Shown here: piece after piece, positions 27,139 through 40,189 of the stretch
Numbering within the stretch: position 1 is the stretch's first letter
Layout: each line of letters starts with the position of its first letter
Program-made: the position numbers and the translations under genes
Source: Octopus sinensis
Taxonomy: Eukaryota
DNA length: 64,000 nt
Direction: 5' to 3'
NCBI RefSeq assembly: GCF_006345805.1
Contig: NC_043001.1
Location: forward strand, 49,290,001 to 49,354,000
Notes under the pieces: generated by a model
What the model was told of the DNA's origin: nothing
The model's database searches: none
What the model saw: only the letters and a program-made list of their open reading frames with translations

Positions 27139-27439
27139 TATAATATATATTATATATATATATATATAAGATATATATATATTATATGCGTGTGTGTGTG
27201 TATGTATGTATGTATGTATGTATGTATATGTATGAGAGGTATTGGTATCCAGAAGACCCAAAGTGGCAGGTAACGCTATGTAAGTGCTATGGATGGACCG
27301 TAGTTAAAATCTCAGTTCGATAATGATTCGAGTGAAGAATCTAATGTGGGTCTTATATGAGCATCTATATGTTAAATAAAATGAAACAACAAAGCCAAGA
27401 CTGTGTAGAGTTTTCAGGACATTTATAAAGAGAAAGTCA

Positions 27440-27487
27440 GTCTTACAGCTGTTTCTGGGATATTAGGAATATCCCTTCATCAGAGAC
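27440..27487 (-). ncRNA. Hammerhead ribozyme copy C
   Basis: GUCU-CUGAUGA-A-GGGAUAU(UCCUA)AUAUCCC-A-GAAA-CAGCUG-UA^AGAC. Confidence 0.8.
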
Positions 27488-28015
27488 GATGTGAGATGGT
27501 TAAATAGAGGGAAATAAATATTAGAGTTCACTATAAGTAGTTAATTTGGAAAAGGATGGAAATAAGGAGTATATAGAGAAATAGAAGAATGAATGTAAAC
27601 ATAAAAATAAAAATATATAAAGAAGTTATAGTTGCAGTTCCATCCATGGAAAGGGGTGTGTAGGAGTGGTATAAACGCTCCCTGTCTGTGGTATGTAAAT
27701 TCCAATAGGAGTTGACACCACAAGACCCCTTTGAATGAACAGCACATGGAATCTACGTCACCACACTTTCCATTTATGATGAAAAAATATGAACTCCCTT
27801 TGGAATATACATACAATGGACAGGAAGCATTTATACCATTTCTACACACCACTTACTTTGGATAATAGAACTGCAACCTATAACATCTTTATACATTTTA
27901 ATTTTTATTTCTACATTCATTCTCCTATTTCTCTATATCCTCCTAATTTGCTTCCTTGTCCAAAATAGCTCCCCATAGTGAACTCTAATATTTCCCTCTA
28001 TTTAACCATCCCACA

Positions 28016-28065
28016 TCGTCTCTGATGAAGAGATATCCCTAATATCCCAGAAACATCTGTAAGAC
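28016..28065 (+). ncRNA. Hammerhead ribozyme copy D (damaged stems)
   Basis: CUGAUGA at 28022-28028 and GAAA at 28050-28053; stem II mismatch; stem III CAUCUG has lost its palindrome. Confidence 0.6.
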
Positions 28066-28131
28066 TAAATTTCTCTTTATAAATGTCTTGAAAACTCCAC
28101 ACAGCCTTGGCTTTGTTGTCTCATTTTATTA

Positions 28132-28162
<31 letters not shown>

Positions 28163-29845
28163 TATATATGCGCGCGCGCGAGTGTGTGCGTGTGCGTGTG
28201 TGTGTATGTGTGTGTGTGTGTGGTGTGCGCGTGTTTATATATGTGTGTGTGGTGTGTGTGTGTGTTTTTCCCTCGCCACTACTTGTCAAGTAGTGTTGGT
28301 GTGTTTACGCCCCATAACAAAGCGGTTCGACAAAAGTGAGCGATAAAAGAAGTACCGGACTTTAAAAGAAAATAAGTACCGGGGTCGATTATTTCGACTA
28401 AAATTCTTCAAAGCAGAACTCTAGCATAGCCGCAGATTAATGATAGAAACAAATAAAAGAGACAGAAGATAAGTAAAAAAAAATGTTTAAATGGACCATC
28501 GTTGGACCTACTTGAGTGAGAACAAAAGGATAAAACACAATCTTCAGCGTTGGTACGCGGTTCGTGGGGTTGGCTGCGACTCTCACTCCATTCTGTTTTA
28601 ATCCACTCGATCTTCATATTTTTCATTTATTTTTAATTGTATGTCTAACTTCATGTTGTTAATCATTCGTTCCCCAACCCCTTGTCTGTTTCTGTAACGT
28701 CCCCTCTCTGAGTAAACCAACTTGGTTAAATAAAAATTCGGTTTGATAGGAAGATCGACTGTAAGGAAAAGGTGAAAAGTTACTTGATGCAAGCTGTAGA
28801 TTATAATGATTTTTATTCGATTAATGTGTTATGCCATTATTCGTAGTACACGTTTTCTCGATCTGTTCAAATGACAATTGCTGATCCATAATGGAAAAAG
28901 GAAAAATCCAAAACCGAGTTGGCATTCAGGCCTTATTGTTCTAATAGTAATGAATAAATAAATAAAACAAGATAAAAATGTATAGAACAAAAGCAGAACA
29001 CCTGAAAAGGAGACAATGGCATTTCTCTCAATTTTATCTTCTAGAATTTCTCTATACTCTTTGTGACAGCTTGAGATTTAACCAGCTTGCAATTTAAAAC
29101 CGTGGACAAATGACTAATATCACCGTAGCATAAAAAAAGTAACAAGTCTATATTAAAACATATGACAGAAAACTGAGAATGTATTGAGAAAAATGTATAA
29201 AAATATTCTTCTTCTGAAAACCGACAAAAAATCTTCCTCAAAATAAAGCACTAGAAAAATTCGAGTTGCACTTAATTCAATCAATAAAAACGTAAAATTT
29301 AATAATTTACACTTCTAACTTTGGAAATACTTTGAACAAGCATATACCACTGTTAAAAAAATGAACGGTAAAATAAGTACATGCCGATAAATTCAAACAT
29401 TCAAAATATGATAGGAGTTTTTAGACATCGAATGGCCATGAGGGTTCCCACCCCCTGAGTAAAATAGCAACCAAAGGGATCCATAGGTAAAAATAAGGTT
29501 AAGAACCACTGTTAGACTGTGAGATACATACAGTGTGACATACACTACTACTGAACAATATAACAAAATCTCATAAGCAAACAAGCCAAAAGGCATACAA
29601 GATGATATACAACGAAACAAAAGCCTTAGCAACTCATTTAAATGTAATGTACGAAGTAGAATGCCTCAGATCATGTAACAGCTTCTTACAAAACATTAAA
29701 GGATCACATGCAATTTTAATCTAATACAGGAGTCATCAACTCAGCATTAAGTAAAATGAGATTAGTCAACCAATACATTTTAGGTGCGATGACAGCACGA
29801 ATATAACAGAACAAAATGGAAATATTCTATTGTTCTTTTATTCTT

Positions 29846-30215
29846 TTATTTATTTCAACCTTTTGATTGCGGCCATACTTCAGCATCACCTTGAAGGGTT
29901 TTGGTCGAAGAAAACGACCCCAGGACTTATTTCTTGAGCCTGGTACTTCTATCATTCTCTTTTGCGGAAGTTACGGGACGCAAACACAACAACACCGGTT
30001 GTCAAGCGGTGACGGGCGGACAAACACAGACACAAAGACACGCACACACATATGTATACGACGGGCTTCTTCCAGTTTCCGTCTACCAAATCCACTCACA
30101 AGGCTTTGGTCGGCCCGAGGCTATAGTAGAAGACACCTGCCTAAGGTGTCATGGAGTGGGACTGAAACTGGAACCATGTGGTTGGTAAACAAGCTTCTTA
30201 CCACACAACCACACC
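29846..30215 (-). mobile_element. SINE family A
   Basis: Head, core and tail homology. Confidence 0.85.
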
Positions 30216-30383
30216 TAAGCCTATGTTGCTTTTTTGATTCATGTCATTTTATGAAAATAAATTCAAACTGAAAATCGTAGAATGCTAAGTATCCATTTCT
30301 AAAGGTCTTCTCTGAGAGTTTTAGAATTTGAAGAAAACATACACCTCCTTAACCGACAGCGATGTCAATATTGTCCATTTTAA

Positions 30384-30580
30384 AGGCGGTGACCTGGCAG
30401 AGACGTTAGCACGCCGGGCGAAATGCTTAGCGGTATTTCGCCTGTCTTCGTGCTCTGAGCTCAAATTCCGCTGAGGTCGACTTTGCCTTTCACCCTTTCG
30501 GAATCGATAAATCAAGTACCAGTTAATCGACTGGCCCTCTCCCGCAAAATTTCGGGCCTTGTGCCTAGAATAGAAAAGAA
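30384..30580 (+). mobile_element. SINE family B
   Basis: GGCGGTGACCTGGCAGAGACGTTAGCACGCCGGGCG... Confidence 0.85.
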
Positions 30581-30965
30581 TATCGTTTACGTTAAGAAAC
30601 AAAGAAAAGAACTTTTTGGTGTATCCATGGGTAACTGTAACGGAACAGAGATTTCGAATTTGGTCGGATTATATATCCTATACACATTGAAAAATAGAAG
30701 ATCTAGCAAAGGAGATTACAGTAGGGAACATGTCAAGTCTCACACAGTATAAATTGATATCTTATGGACTAACAGAAAAAAAGAACTAATTATCATTTCA
30801 AAGAATGAAATTTAAAAGTTAAAATAGTTAAAATATAAACTTGGAGATTGTTAATTTACTAACATCGACTTCAAATCTCAACACAAGCAACCACTAACGT
30901 TGATGTAAACCCGACGAGTAAACCATAAACACCATGAAGAACACTTGCCCACAAACGTACAAACG

Positions 30966-31196
30966 TCAAATTCCGCCGAGGTCAACTTTGCCTTTCATCC
31001 TTTCTGGGTCGATTAAATAAGTACCAGTTACGCACTGGGGTCGATATAACCGACTTAATACCTATGTCTGTCCTTGTTTGTCCTCTCTGTGTTTAGCCCC
31101 TTGCGGGTAGTAAAGAAATAGAAATATGTATTTCGTCTGTCTTTACGATCTGAGTTCAAATTCTGCTGAGTTCGACTTTGCCTTTTGTTCTTTCGA
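30966..31196 (+). mobile_element. Headless SINE B tandem, ~1.3 units
   Basis: Tail AAAGAAATAGAAATA fused to TATTTCGTCTGTCTTTACGATCTGAGTTCAAAT. Confidence 0.8.
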
Positions 31197-32844
31197 CGTA
31201 CAGCACATTGGAGACTATAATAGTAGACAGTAAATTAACGACAGCAATCCCGCCGGTTACAAAAAAGTACAATGAAAAAAGTTAGGTGGGTTATACACAA
31301 GCCCGTTCCGAGTACCAAAGTCCTTCGTAATAACTCCTGAGAAGGAAAAGAGAGGATGCAGTACGTCTGTGAGCCAATGTACAATGAAATCTTCTATCAT
31401 AAGGCATTAAAAAATTTCGGATTTACTACTCCACACCTGTCACTATTCCTTCTTTCTCATGGCATCAATCTTCGGGAAATACTCTCTTGTGCATGTTCTT
31501 CCAATAGTTAAATCGTTAATGGCATCAAACTCTGTGATGCCTACGAAGAACAAAGGTATAGTTTGCTTCCTTCAGCGAATAACAAATCAAATGAAAAATT
31601 TTGAGAGTTAAACCATAAGACAGTTTCGATGAGTACAGGTCACTTATGATAACGATAGAAAACAAAGAGAGAGAAAACATCAGGTTTGCGAGCCAATATA
31701 TCCATAAATATAGCCATAACGAACTCACGAAAATGTGCGATTATCGACCTTTAAATGAATACACATTTCGTAATAGAAGTGAGAATTATTCGTTCATAGA
31801 AGGTGATTTTAGCGAAAGAACACGATAAAAAATTTAAAAAATTAAAAAAATGTAAAGATACATGGAATAGAGTTTGATCATTTGTCCTAGCCCGAGCACT
31901 ATTGCAACAATGTTATTTCTTTGTTAATTGATAAGCGTGTAGTTTTTACCGACCCTTCTCCAACGCTATCAACTATTTGCGCTGTATATGAACAACGTCG
32001 CACATCTTACAAAGCCTTTTACAGCCTCCGATAATGGAGATATCAGATCACCATACGCTGATGTACTCTTGGCCGGCAGAAACAGCATAACGTTTGGAGA
32101 CTGGATATCGAAGATAGATATTATATTACTTTAATTATATTTTCATTTTTTTTTCTTTTTAGTGTTTCTCAGTTTTAAATAATTAATCGTTTGGAACTTG
32201 ATACTTTTCATTTTAATTTTGGACACTAAATTTGCTTTGTTTGAAAAATAACTCACCCAATACTCTCTCTCCCTCTCTGTCACACACACACACACACACA
32301 CAAGAAATTGGACGTGGAAATGTCCGATGTAATACTATCCATTTTGTGTAAAATTTGTGGGAAATTACCGATCAAGTACTCAATACGGAATTTATTGTAA
32401 ATAAAATCCATTACATCTCTGACATGGTCTAGGTCAGTCATGAGCAAAGTGCGGCCGACGGGACATTCTGAATGGATTGCGAACGAAAAATTATCTTGAC
32501 ATTTCTTTTTAGTAATGCAGCCTGCCTGATGATGAGCCGTGTCACATGAGGCCTGCCTCGCGAAAAAGGTTGCTCGCCCATGCCTAAGCCTAGGTGATAA
32601 AACATGAAAAAGGGAAAGTTACCGCTGAAGTTTATTAACTTATATGCCGTGTTCAGTACCTGATGTATATATATAAGACTCTACCGTGTTTGTATATAGT
32701 ATGCAGAGCGCACCCCTAACTTTTTATACCTCGGACACATTAAATAGTTATTTAGTGTGTGTATGTGTGTGGGGTGTGCAATGAAGGTAATTTCGGTGAT
32801 GGTGATGTCGGCGATGATAATTATGATGATGGTGATGATGCTGC

Positions 32845-32890
<46 letters not shown>

Positions 32891-33016
32891 GTGATGGTGA
32901 TGATGATGGTGATGATGGTGATGATGATGACGACGACGACGTATTTTGAAGGATAGAAGTGAGAAAGTTATGTGTGAAGAGGTGCTGTTGATGGGTAGAC
33001 GTTTCATTGGCTAGTT

Positions 33017-33525
33017 GAGTTCAAATTCCGCCGAGGTCGACTTTCATCCTTTCGGGGTCGATTAAATAAGTACCAGTTACGCACTGGGGTCGATATAATC
33101 GACTTTATCCGTTTGCCTGGCCTTGTTTGTCCTCTCTGTGTTTAGCCTCTTGCGGGTAGTAAAGAAATAGAAATAGGTATTTCGTCTGTCTTTACGATCT
33201 GAGTTCAAATTCTGCTGAGTTCGACTTTGCCTTTCGTCCTTCGGGGTCGATAAATTAAGTACCAGTTACATACTGGGATCGATATAATCGACTTAATCCC
33301 TTTGTCTGTCCTTGTTTGTCCCCTCTATGTTTAGCCCCTTGTGGGCAATAAAAGAAATAGGTATTTCGTCTGTCTTTACGATCTGAGTTCAAATCCTGCC
33401 AAGTTCGACTTTGCCTTTCGTCCTTTCGGCGTCGATAAATTAAGTAGAAGTTGTGTACTGGGGTCGATCTAATCGATTGGCTCCCTCCCATCAAATTTCA
33501 GGCCTTATGTTTATGGTAGAAAGGA
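33017..33525 (+). mobile_element. Headless SINE B tandem array, 184-bp period, ~2.7 units
   Basis: GAGTTCAAAT at 33017, 33201 and 33385. Confidence 0.9.
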
Positions 33526-33545
33526 TTATTAATTACAATTAACGC

Positions 33546-34335
33546 ATGCATTACGATCACTACATTTACCACAACCACTACTACCATCATCTTCACCACC
33601 ACCATCACCATCGTCATCATCATCATCATCAATCATCATCATCATCATCATCACCAACCCCCACTCCCGTCATCATCATCATCCCGTCACAACCACTATC
33701 ATCACTACCGCCACCACCGCCACCACCGCCATCATCGCCACCACCACTACAACATCATCATTATCAACAACAGCCCCACCACCACCACCACCACCACCAC
33801 CACCTTCACCACTCATATCACAGCCCTTATCACTTCTTGTGTCCCACCACTCTAGAAGAACCACTGTCTCCAGTACCACTACCAACACAACCGATACCAT
33901 TAATTACCTCTATGCCATTACAATTACCACGATTGAAATACCTCAAAACCTCTACCACTACAACTACTTCTGCCATCACTATAATAACCACCACCAACAT
34001 TACTACTACTACTACTACTACTACTACTTACTACTACTATCCTAATATTACTGTTAACAGAACCATAACGACCCCACAATAACCAACACTGCTGATACCA
34101 ACATTAATACCACCACCACTAGCATCACCACCACCACCACCATCATCATTACTACCACCGCTATTAACATTACCATCACCACTATCACCACTACTACCAT
34201 CTACACCACCACCACCACCAACATCACCACCACTACAACCAACACCACCACCGCCTCCACCAACGCCACCACCGCTACGGTCGTCGTCACTACTGCCACG
34301 GCTGCTGCCTCCACCGCCGCCACCATCACCACCGC

Positions 34336-34388
<53 letters not shown>

Positions 34389-34470
34389 ACAACATCATCC
34401 ATATCAGCATCAGCATCATCATCACCACCATAGCCGAGCGGGATTACCGCCGTCGCCGCCGCCATTACAT
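33546..34470. repeat. Low-complexity trinucleotide mosaic (CAT/CAC/TAC)
   Basis: Direct reading; poly-His/Pro/Asp ORFs are artefacts. Confidence 0.9.
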
Positions 34471-34509
34471 TACAGTCTGTGACTGCTGATGTAATCTGTA
34501 TATGTTCAG

Positions 34510-34716
34510 GACATTTTCCTGGACGGGCCATATTTCAGGGTCTTTTTACCCCAGTTTATCATCTCACTGGGTAGAAAATTGCACAACAGATGCCCAGGCT
34601 GGGAACCTATACAGAACTTCATCCTTAATTGCTGACCCGAACATTCAGGGTAAAAAGCTAACCCATATTGCCAATTACAGAGAGAGCAACGCCGTTTCGA
34701 ACTTGTTCTACGATCG
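34510..34716 (+). CDS. Candidate internal coding exon of an unidentified host gene (phase 2-2, 207 nt)
   Basis: Acceptor TGTTCAG at 34503-34509, donor CG|GTAAGT at 34717; single open frame (R)[24 protein letters not shown]...SNLFYD(R); unique non-repetitive sequence. Confidence 0.55.
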
Positions 34717-34814
34717 GTAAGTACAGTAAACACACACACACGCGCGCACGCTCACACACACACGCACACACACAGGCACACAGACACACACACACACACA
34801 CACACACACGCACG

Positions 34815-34846
<32 letters not shown>

Positions 34847-34856
34847 TTCTTTTACC

Positions 34857-35044
34857 ATTTCATTTGTTTCAGGTATTTGATTGCGGCCATGCTGGAGCAC
34901 CGCCTTTAGTCGAACAAATCGACCCCCCAAGACTTATTTTTTGGAAGCCCAGTACTTATTCTATCGGTATCTTTTGCCGAACCGCTAATTTACGAGGCAC
35001 AAACACACCAACATCGGTTGTCAAGCGATGAGGGGGGGGGGGGT

Positions 35045-35088
<44 letters not shown>

Positions 35089-35215
35089 CGACGGGCTTCT
35101 TTCAGTTTCCGTCTAGCAAATCCACTCACAAGGCTTTGGTCGGCCCGAGACTATAGTAGAAGACACTTGCCCAAGGTGTCACGCAATGGGACTGAACCCG
35201 GAACCATGTGGCAGC
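34857..35215 (-). mobile_element. SINE family A
   Basis: Tail, microsatellite and head homology. Confidence 0.85.
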
Positions 35216-35240
35216 AAGATATGTGTGTGTGTGTGTATGT

Positions 35241-35293
<53 letters not shown>

Positions 35294-35599
35294 CATTCAA
35301 TGTTAAATTATTTGAATCAAGGTATGTTAACATTCTGGACATCGGGAAAAGGTCGAATTCAGCACATATGTGTATATATCACCTATAAATACATCCGTAT
35401 TTGCACATGCATATACAAACATATCCGTACACTTATATATATGTACATGTTCAGTTATATCCACACATACACATAAATACTACACATACGCATGTAGGTT
35501 CACAATCCATTGCAAGTTCCAGATCCAACATAGGGAATGTTCCAAGCGTGGAGTTTCCATAAAATAACATATTTATGATCTCCATTATGTACGTACATA

Positions 35600-35966
<367 letters not shown>

Positions 35967-36031
35967 ATAATTGTATACATACATATTTATATATATATAC
36001 ACACACACACACACATTCTCACACACACACA

Positions 36032-36450
36032 TATACGACAAGCTTCTTTCAGTTTCCGTCTACCAAATCCACTCAGAATGCCTTGGTCGGCTCGATGCTG
36101 TGGTAGAATACACTTGTCCAAGACACCGGGCATTGAAACCGGAACCACATATGTGTGTGTGTGTGTGTGCGTGCGTGTGTGTGTGTGTGTGTGTGTGTGT
36201 TTGTGTGTTTGCGTGTGTGTGTGTGTGTGTGTGTTTGTGTGTGTGAGTGTGTTGTTTTAGCGTTTGTCCCCCACCACTGCTTGACAAATGGTGTTGGAGT
36301 ATATATGATATGTCCGTGTAACGTATCAGTTCGATAAAAGAGACCGATAGAATAAGTACCATGCTTCAAAAATAAATACGAATTCAACTAAGATTGTTCA
36401 ATGCGGTGCTCCAGCATGGTCGTAGTCTGATGACCGAAACAAATAAAAGG
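36032..36450. mobile_element. SINE A with head inverted relative to tail
   Basis: Head on minus (36032-36148), (TG)n, tail on plus (36258-36450). Confidence 0.65.
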
Positions 36451-36847
36451 TAAAAGAAATATATGTAAATAATTATCAAAACACACACAGGCGCGCGCAC
36501 TCACTCGTATGCCTGTGTGCGCCTGTCCGACTGTGTATTTGCGTATAGACAGATTTACAACAGACTCACCGATATATGAAATATTTCTATCGTGTGTACA
36601 TTTATATACATCTATAATTCTCAATTTGCCTTTCTTTCACTCGTTCACCGCCTGTTACTATATCTCTCTTTTTATTTCAATCTCTCGATATTTATCAATA
36701 TCTGCCACTTTGCCTTCTATATTTGTCGACCTGCTTATCACTCTGTCTCTGTCTCTCTGTCTGTCTCTGTCTCTCTGTCTCTGTCTCTCTGTCTGTCTCT
36801 GTCTCTCTGTCTGTCTCTGTCTCTCTCTCTGTTAGAGGCTCATCTAA

Positions 36848-36937
<90 letters not shown>

Positions 36938-37369
36938 GTTTATCTGTTTGTCTGTCAGTCCGCCTATATGTCTGTTTACATTTTTGAGTAACCAAGTGCT
37001 TTTTTGCCGCGTTTATAAATCGACACACGCATGCACACACATACACATACATACACACACACACAGCGATATACTCGTGCGCAAGCACGCACACGCACAC
37101 ACACACACTCACACAAACACACACACACACACATATATCAACTATCCATCGTATTTATACATAATTACGTATTTTACTAGACATTCATATGGACATATGC
37201 ACGACCTCTGCTTGCTTAAATGCACAAGTACACACATATACATGCATATTTACATGCTAACATACACGTATATAAGATATAAGATATACACACACGCACA
37301 AACACACGCACATACACACACAATATATATGGATATGTGTGTGTGTGTGTGGATGAGTATGGGGTTGAC

Positions 37370-37990
37370 AATGAATGAAATTAAGACGAAGTATCTGGCA
37401 GAGAGAACATTAAGAAGCTGGAGAAGATTATGAATGTAGGCGGGAAACCACTAGAGTTGGTTGAGGACTTCCTGTATCTGAGAGTAAAGATTGGGAACAC
37501 AGAGGGTGATATGGTTGAGAAGAAGAGCAAAGCCTGGCCGGCATGCTACAGGTTGAGATCTGTATAGAAGTCGGACCTTCGTAAAGATCTGAAGATCCGT
37601 CTCTTCGTAGCTGCAGTGGAGTTCGTGCTGTTGTACGGGTCTGAGACTTGGAAACTAACCAAGAAACTCACTTAGGTGCTACACGAGAATGCTGAGGATG
37701 GCTCTGAACATAATCAGTATAGACTGAGGATGAAGAATTCAGAGCTGTAAGAGAGCCTTCTAAAAGTTAGCTCGAAAATAACGCAGAGACTGAGGTTAGC
37801 TGGACATACTCACCGTCATTCAGAGTTGATACTATACTCAATGATCCTGTGGGTGCTCCTACACGGATACACTAGAAGAGGGAGACCGAGGATGACATAT
37901 GTTGATGCCCTAAGGACAGACACTGGTTTCTGGGGGGCACAGGACATGGTAGCGTTGATGAGGGACAAAGACTGCCGGAGAGAATTCGTC
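37370..37990 (+). mobile_element. RTE-clade LINE RT 3' remnant
   Basis: GLTMNEIKTK..LELVEDFLYL..KIRLFVAAVEFVLLYGSETWKLT..YTRMLRMAL..RRGRPRMTYVD. Confidence 0.8.
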
Positions 37991-38036
37991 CATGGATCTC
38001 AGGAATTTTACCCGCACTATATATATATGGTATGTC

Positions 38037-38079
<43 letters not shown>

Positions 38080-38899
38080 TGTGTGTGTGTGTATGTGTGC
38101 GTGTGTGTGTGTGTGTGTGTAGTGAGAGATAAAAAGATAGATATACATAAATACACATATATGTGTATATGTACATATATATCTAAGTTTATAGAAATAT
38201 TGTGTTCATATGTAAGTATGTATGTGTGTATGTATTCGTGTTTGTATTTATATAGACATTTTGTGTTGTCATCCAGAATGGAGAAGAACACCATTCCTCC
38301 ATGTGATCCGCTTGAAAAAGTGTTTAAATATTAAGATATTTTTCTTAACATGAAACCGATGGTTACTTTAATACGCAAATAAAGAAGTCTTATCCATTAA
38401 TGCGGTATTGAATACTCATTCTCGTCGTTTGGCACAAATGTGTGTTTACATACACACACATATACGATGGGCTTCTTTCAGTTTCCATCTGCAAGATTCA
38501 CTCACAAGCTTTGGTCGGTCCGGAGCTATAGTAGAAAATGTTTGCCCAAGGTGCCACACAGCAGGACTGAACCTGGAACCATGTGATTGGGAAACAAACT
38601 TCTGATCATACAAACGAAAAATTTTGAGTTTGCTAGGCCGCTTTCAGAAATTATTATAAATTGATACGGATAATAACAACAACAACAACAACAACGACTC
38701 CGGTGCATTTTTACCTACAATGTTTACATGGAATGGGCCCGGAACTGTTTTTTTATTTTCATTATTATTAGTATTCCTTCGTTTACAGAATTTTAGGGGA
38801 ATAACCAACCTTTCCATCCTTCATCTCCTGTGTTTTAGTGTGTGTCTATAATATATGTTTGCTATTTTTAGAAATAGTGTGGGAGGTTGGTTGGTGGGG

Positions 38900-40180
38900 G
38901 ACAGCATTGCGGAATCAAAAGGATTTTTTTTGTTTCTGGGTTAGTCTGTCATGGTTCAGTGGTTTTGGGGACTGGTCTTAGAGTTCAAAATGGTGTGAGT
39001 GTGGGTTTTTGTTTATTGGTCTTAGAATTCAGTGTGGGGTGTGTATGGGTCTGTGTATGTGTGTGTTTTATTAGAAAGGTAGTGCGTGTATATGTGTACA
39101 CATTTGTGTGTGTGTATGTGTGTGATTTGTATTTGTCAGGGTGCTGTGCGCGCGCATATGTGTGTGGATATGTTTGTTCGTGTGCGTGTATGTGTGCATC
39201 CGTGTGTGTGCGTGTGTATGTTTGTATGTGTTGTGTCGGTGGGAATGTTATGTGCGTGTACGTGAGTATGCCTCTGTCTCTGACTGTGTATGTTTGTAGT
39301 GTTATAATTGTCCAGGTGGTGGTGGTGTGTGTGTGTGCATCCGTATGTGTGTATGAGGGTGCATATGTATATGTGTGTGGGGTGCATGTGTGTGAGTGAG
39401 TTGTATTTGTAAGTGGTTCTGTGTGTGTCCGTGTGTGTTACGTTTATCCGGGTGGTGTGTATGTGTGTGCGTGTACGTACTGTGCATGTTTGAACTGAGT
39501 ATGCATTTGTGTGTGTGTGTATATGTGGGTGTGATTTATGTAGTTTTCGGGTGCATGTGCACATGTGTGTGAGTGCTATATTTGTTGTGGTGCAGTGTGT
39601 GTGTGTACGTGTGAGTGTAAGTGTGTATGTATGTGTGTATGTGTGTGTTTCTGTGAGTGTTGTGATTGTTGGGACTGTATTGCGTGTATGTTATGTGTGT
39701 TTTTTCTTTGAGTGTGTGTATGATTTTTTATGGGGAACGGGCATATTGTGTTTGTGTGTGTGTGCGTATGTGTGTATATATGCGTGTGTGTGTGTGTGGG
39801 GGGGTTGGTTGTGTTGTATTTGTGTGTTTATGTGTATATCTGTGTATGTGTGGGTGTGCTTGTGTGAGTGTGTCTTGTAATTTTCAGGGCGGCGTGTCTA
39901 GGTGTATGCATGTACGTGTTTACGTATGTATGCATGTATGCGTGTCAGTGAGTGTTGGTTGTGATTGCTAGAATCGTATTGCATGTGTCTATATGTATGT
40001 GTCTTTTCTTGGAATGTGCTCGAGCGTGGGGATATTGTGTTTGTGCGTGTGTGTATATGTATGTGTGTATCTTTGTGTGGAAGGTTTGCATTGTATTGGT
40101 GTGTGTGTGTTTGTACATCTATGTGTGTTTGTTGTGGGTGTGTACCTGGGGGTATGTTAGAGTATGTTGAGTTGTGGTCT
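38900..40180. repeat. Degenerate (TG)-rich tract abutting the PLE 3' end
   Basis: Direct reading; Val/Cys ORFs are artefacts. Confidence 0.85.
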
Positions 40181-40189
40181 GTATTTTTG

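Larger units (their letters stand above)
26201..28131. mobile_element. Cluster of four Penelope-type pseudo-LTR copies (<-A B-> <-C D->), forming two fold-backs
   Basis: Palindrome 26201-26612 centred at ~26403; diverged palindrome ~27372-28131 centred at ~27750; each arm carries an HHR motif. PLE assignment is inferred from the HHR type. Confidence 0.8.
26990..28462 (+). mobile_element. SINE family A split by the C-D fold-back
   Basis: Head ~26990-27100, (TA)n, insert ~27240-28131, microsatellite, tail ~28262-28462. Confidence 0.7.

Noticed and set aside
32430-32590. CTGATGA...CGAAA inside a hAT-like MITE remnant
   Set aside because: Stems I and III cannot form; TIRs and TSD too degraded to call.
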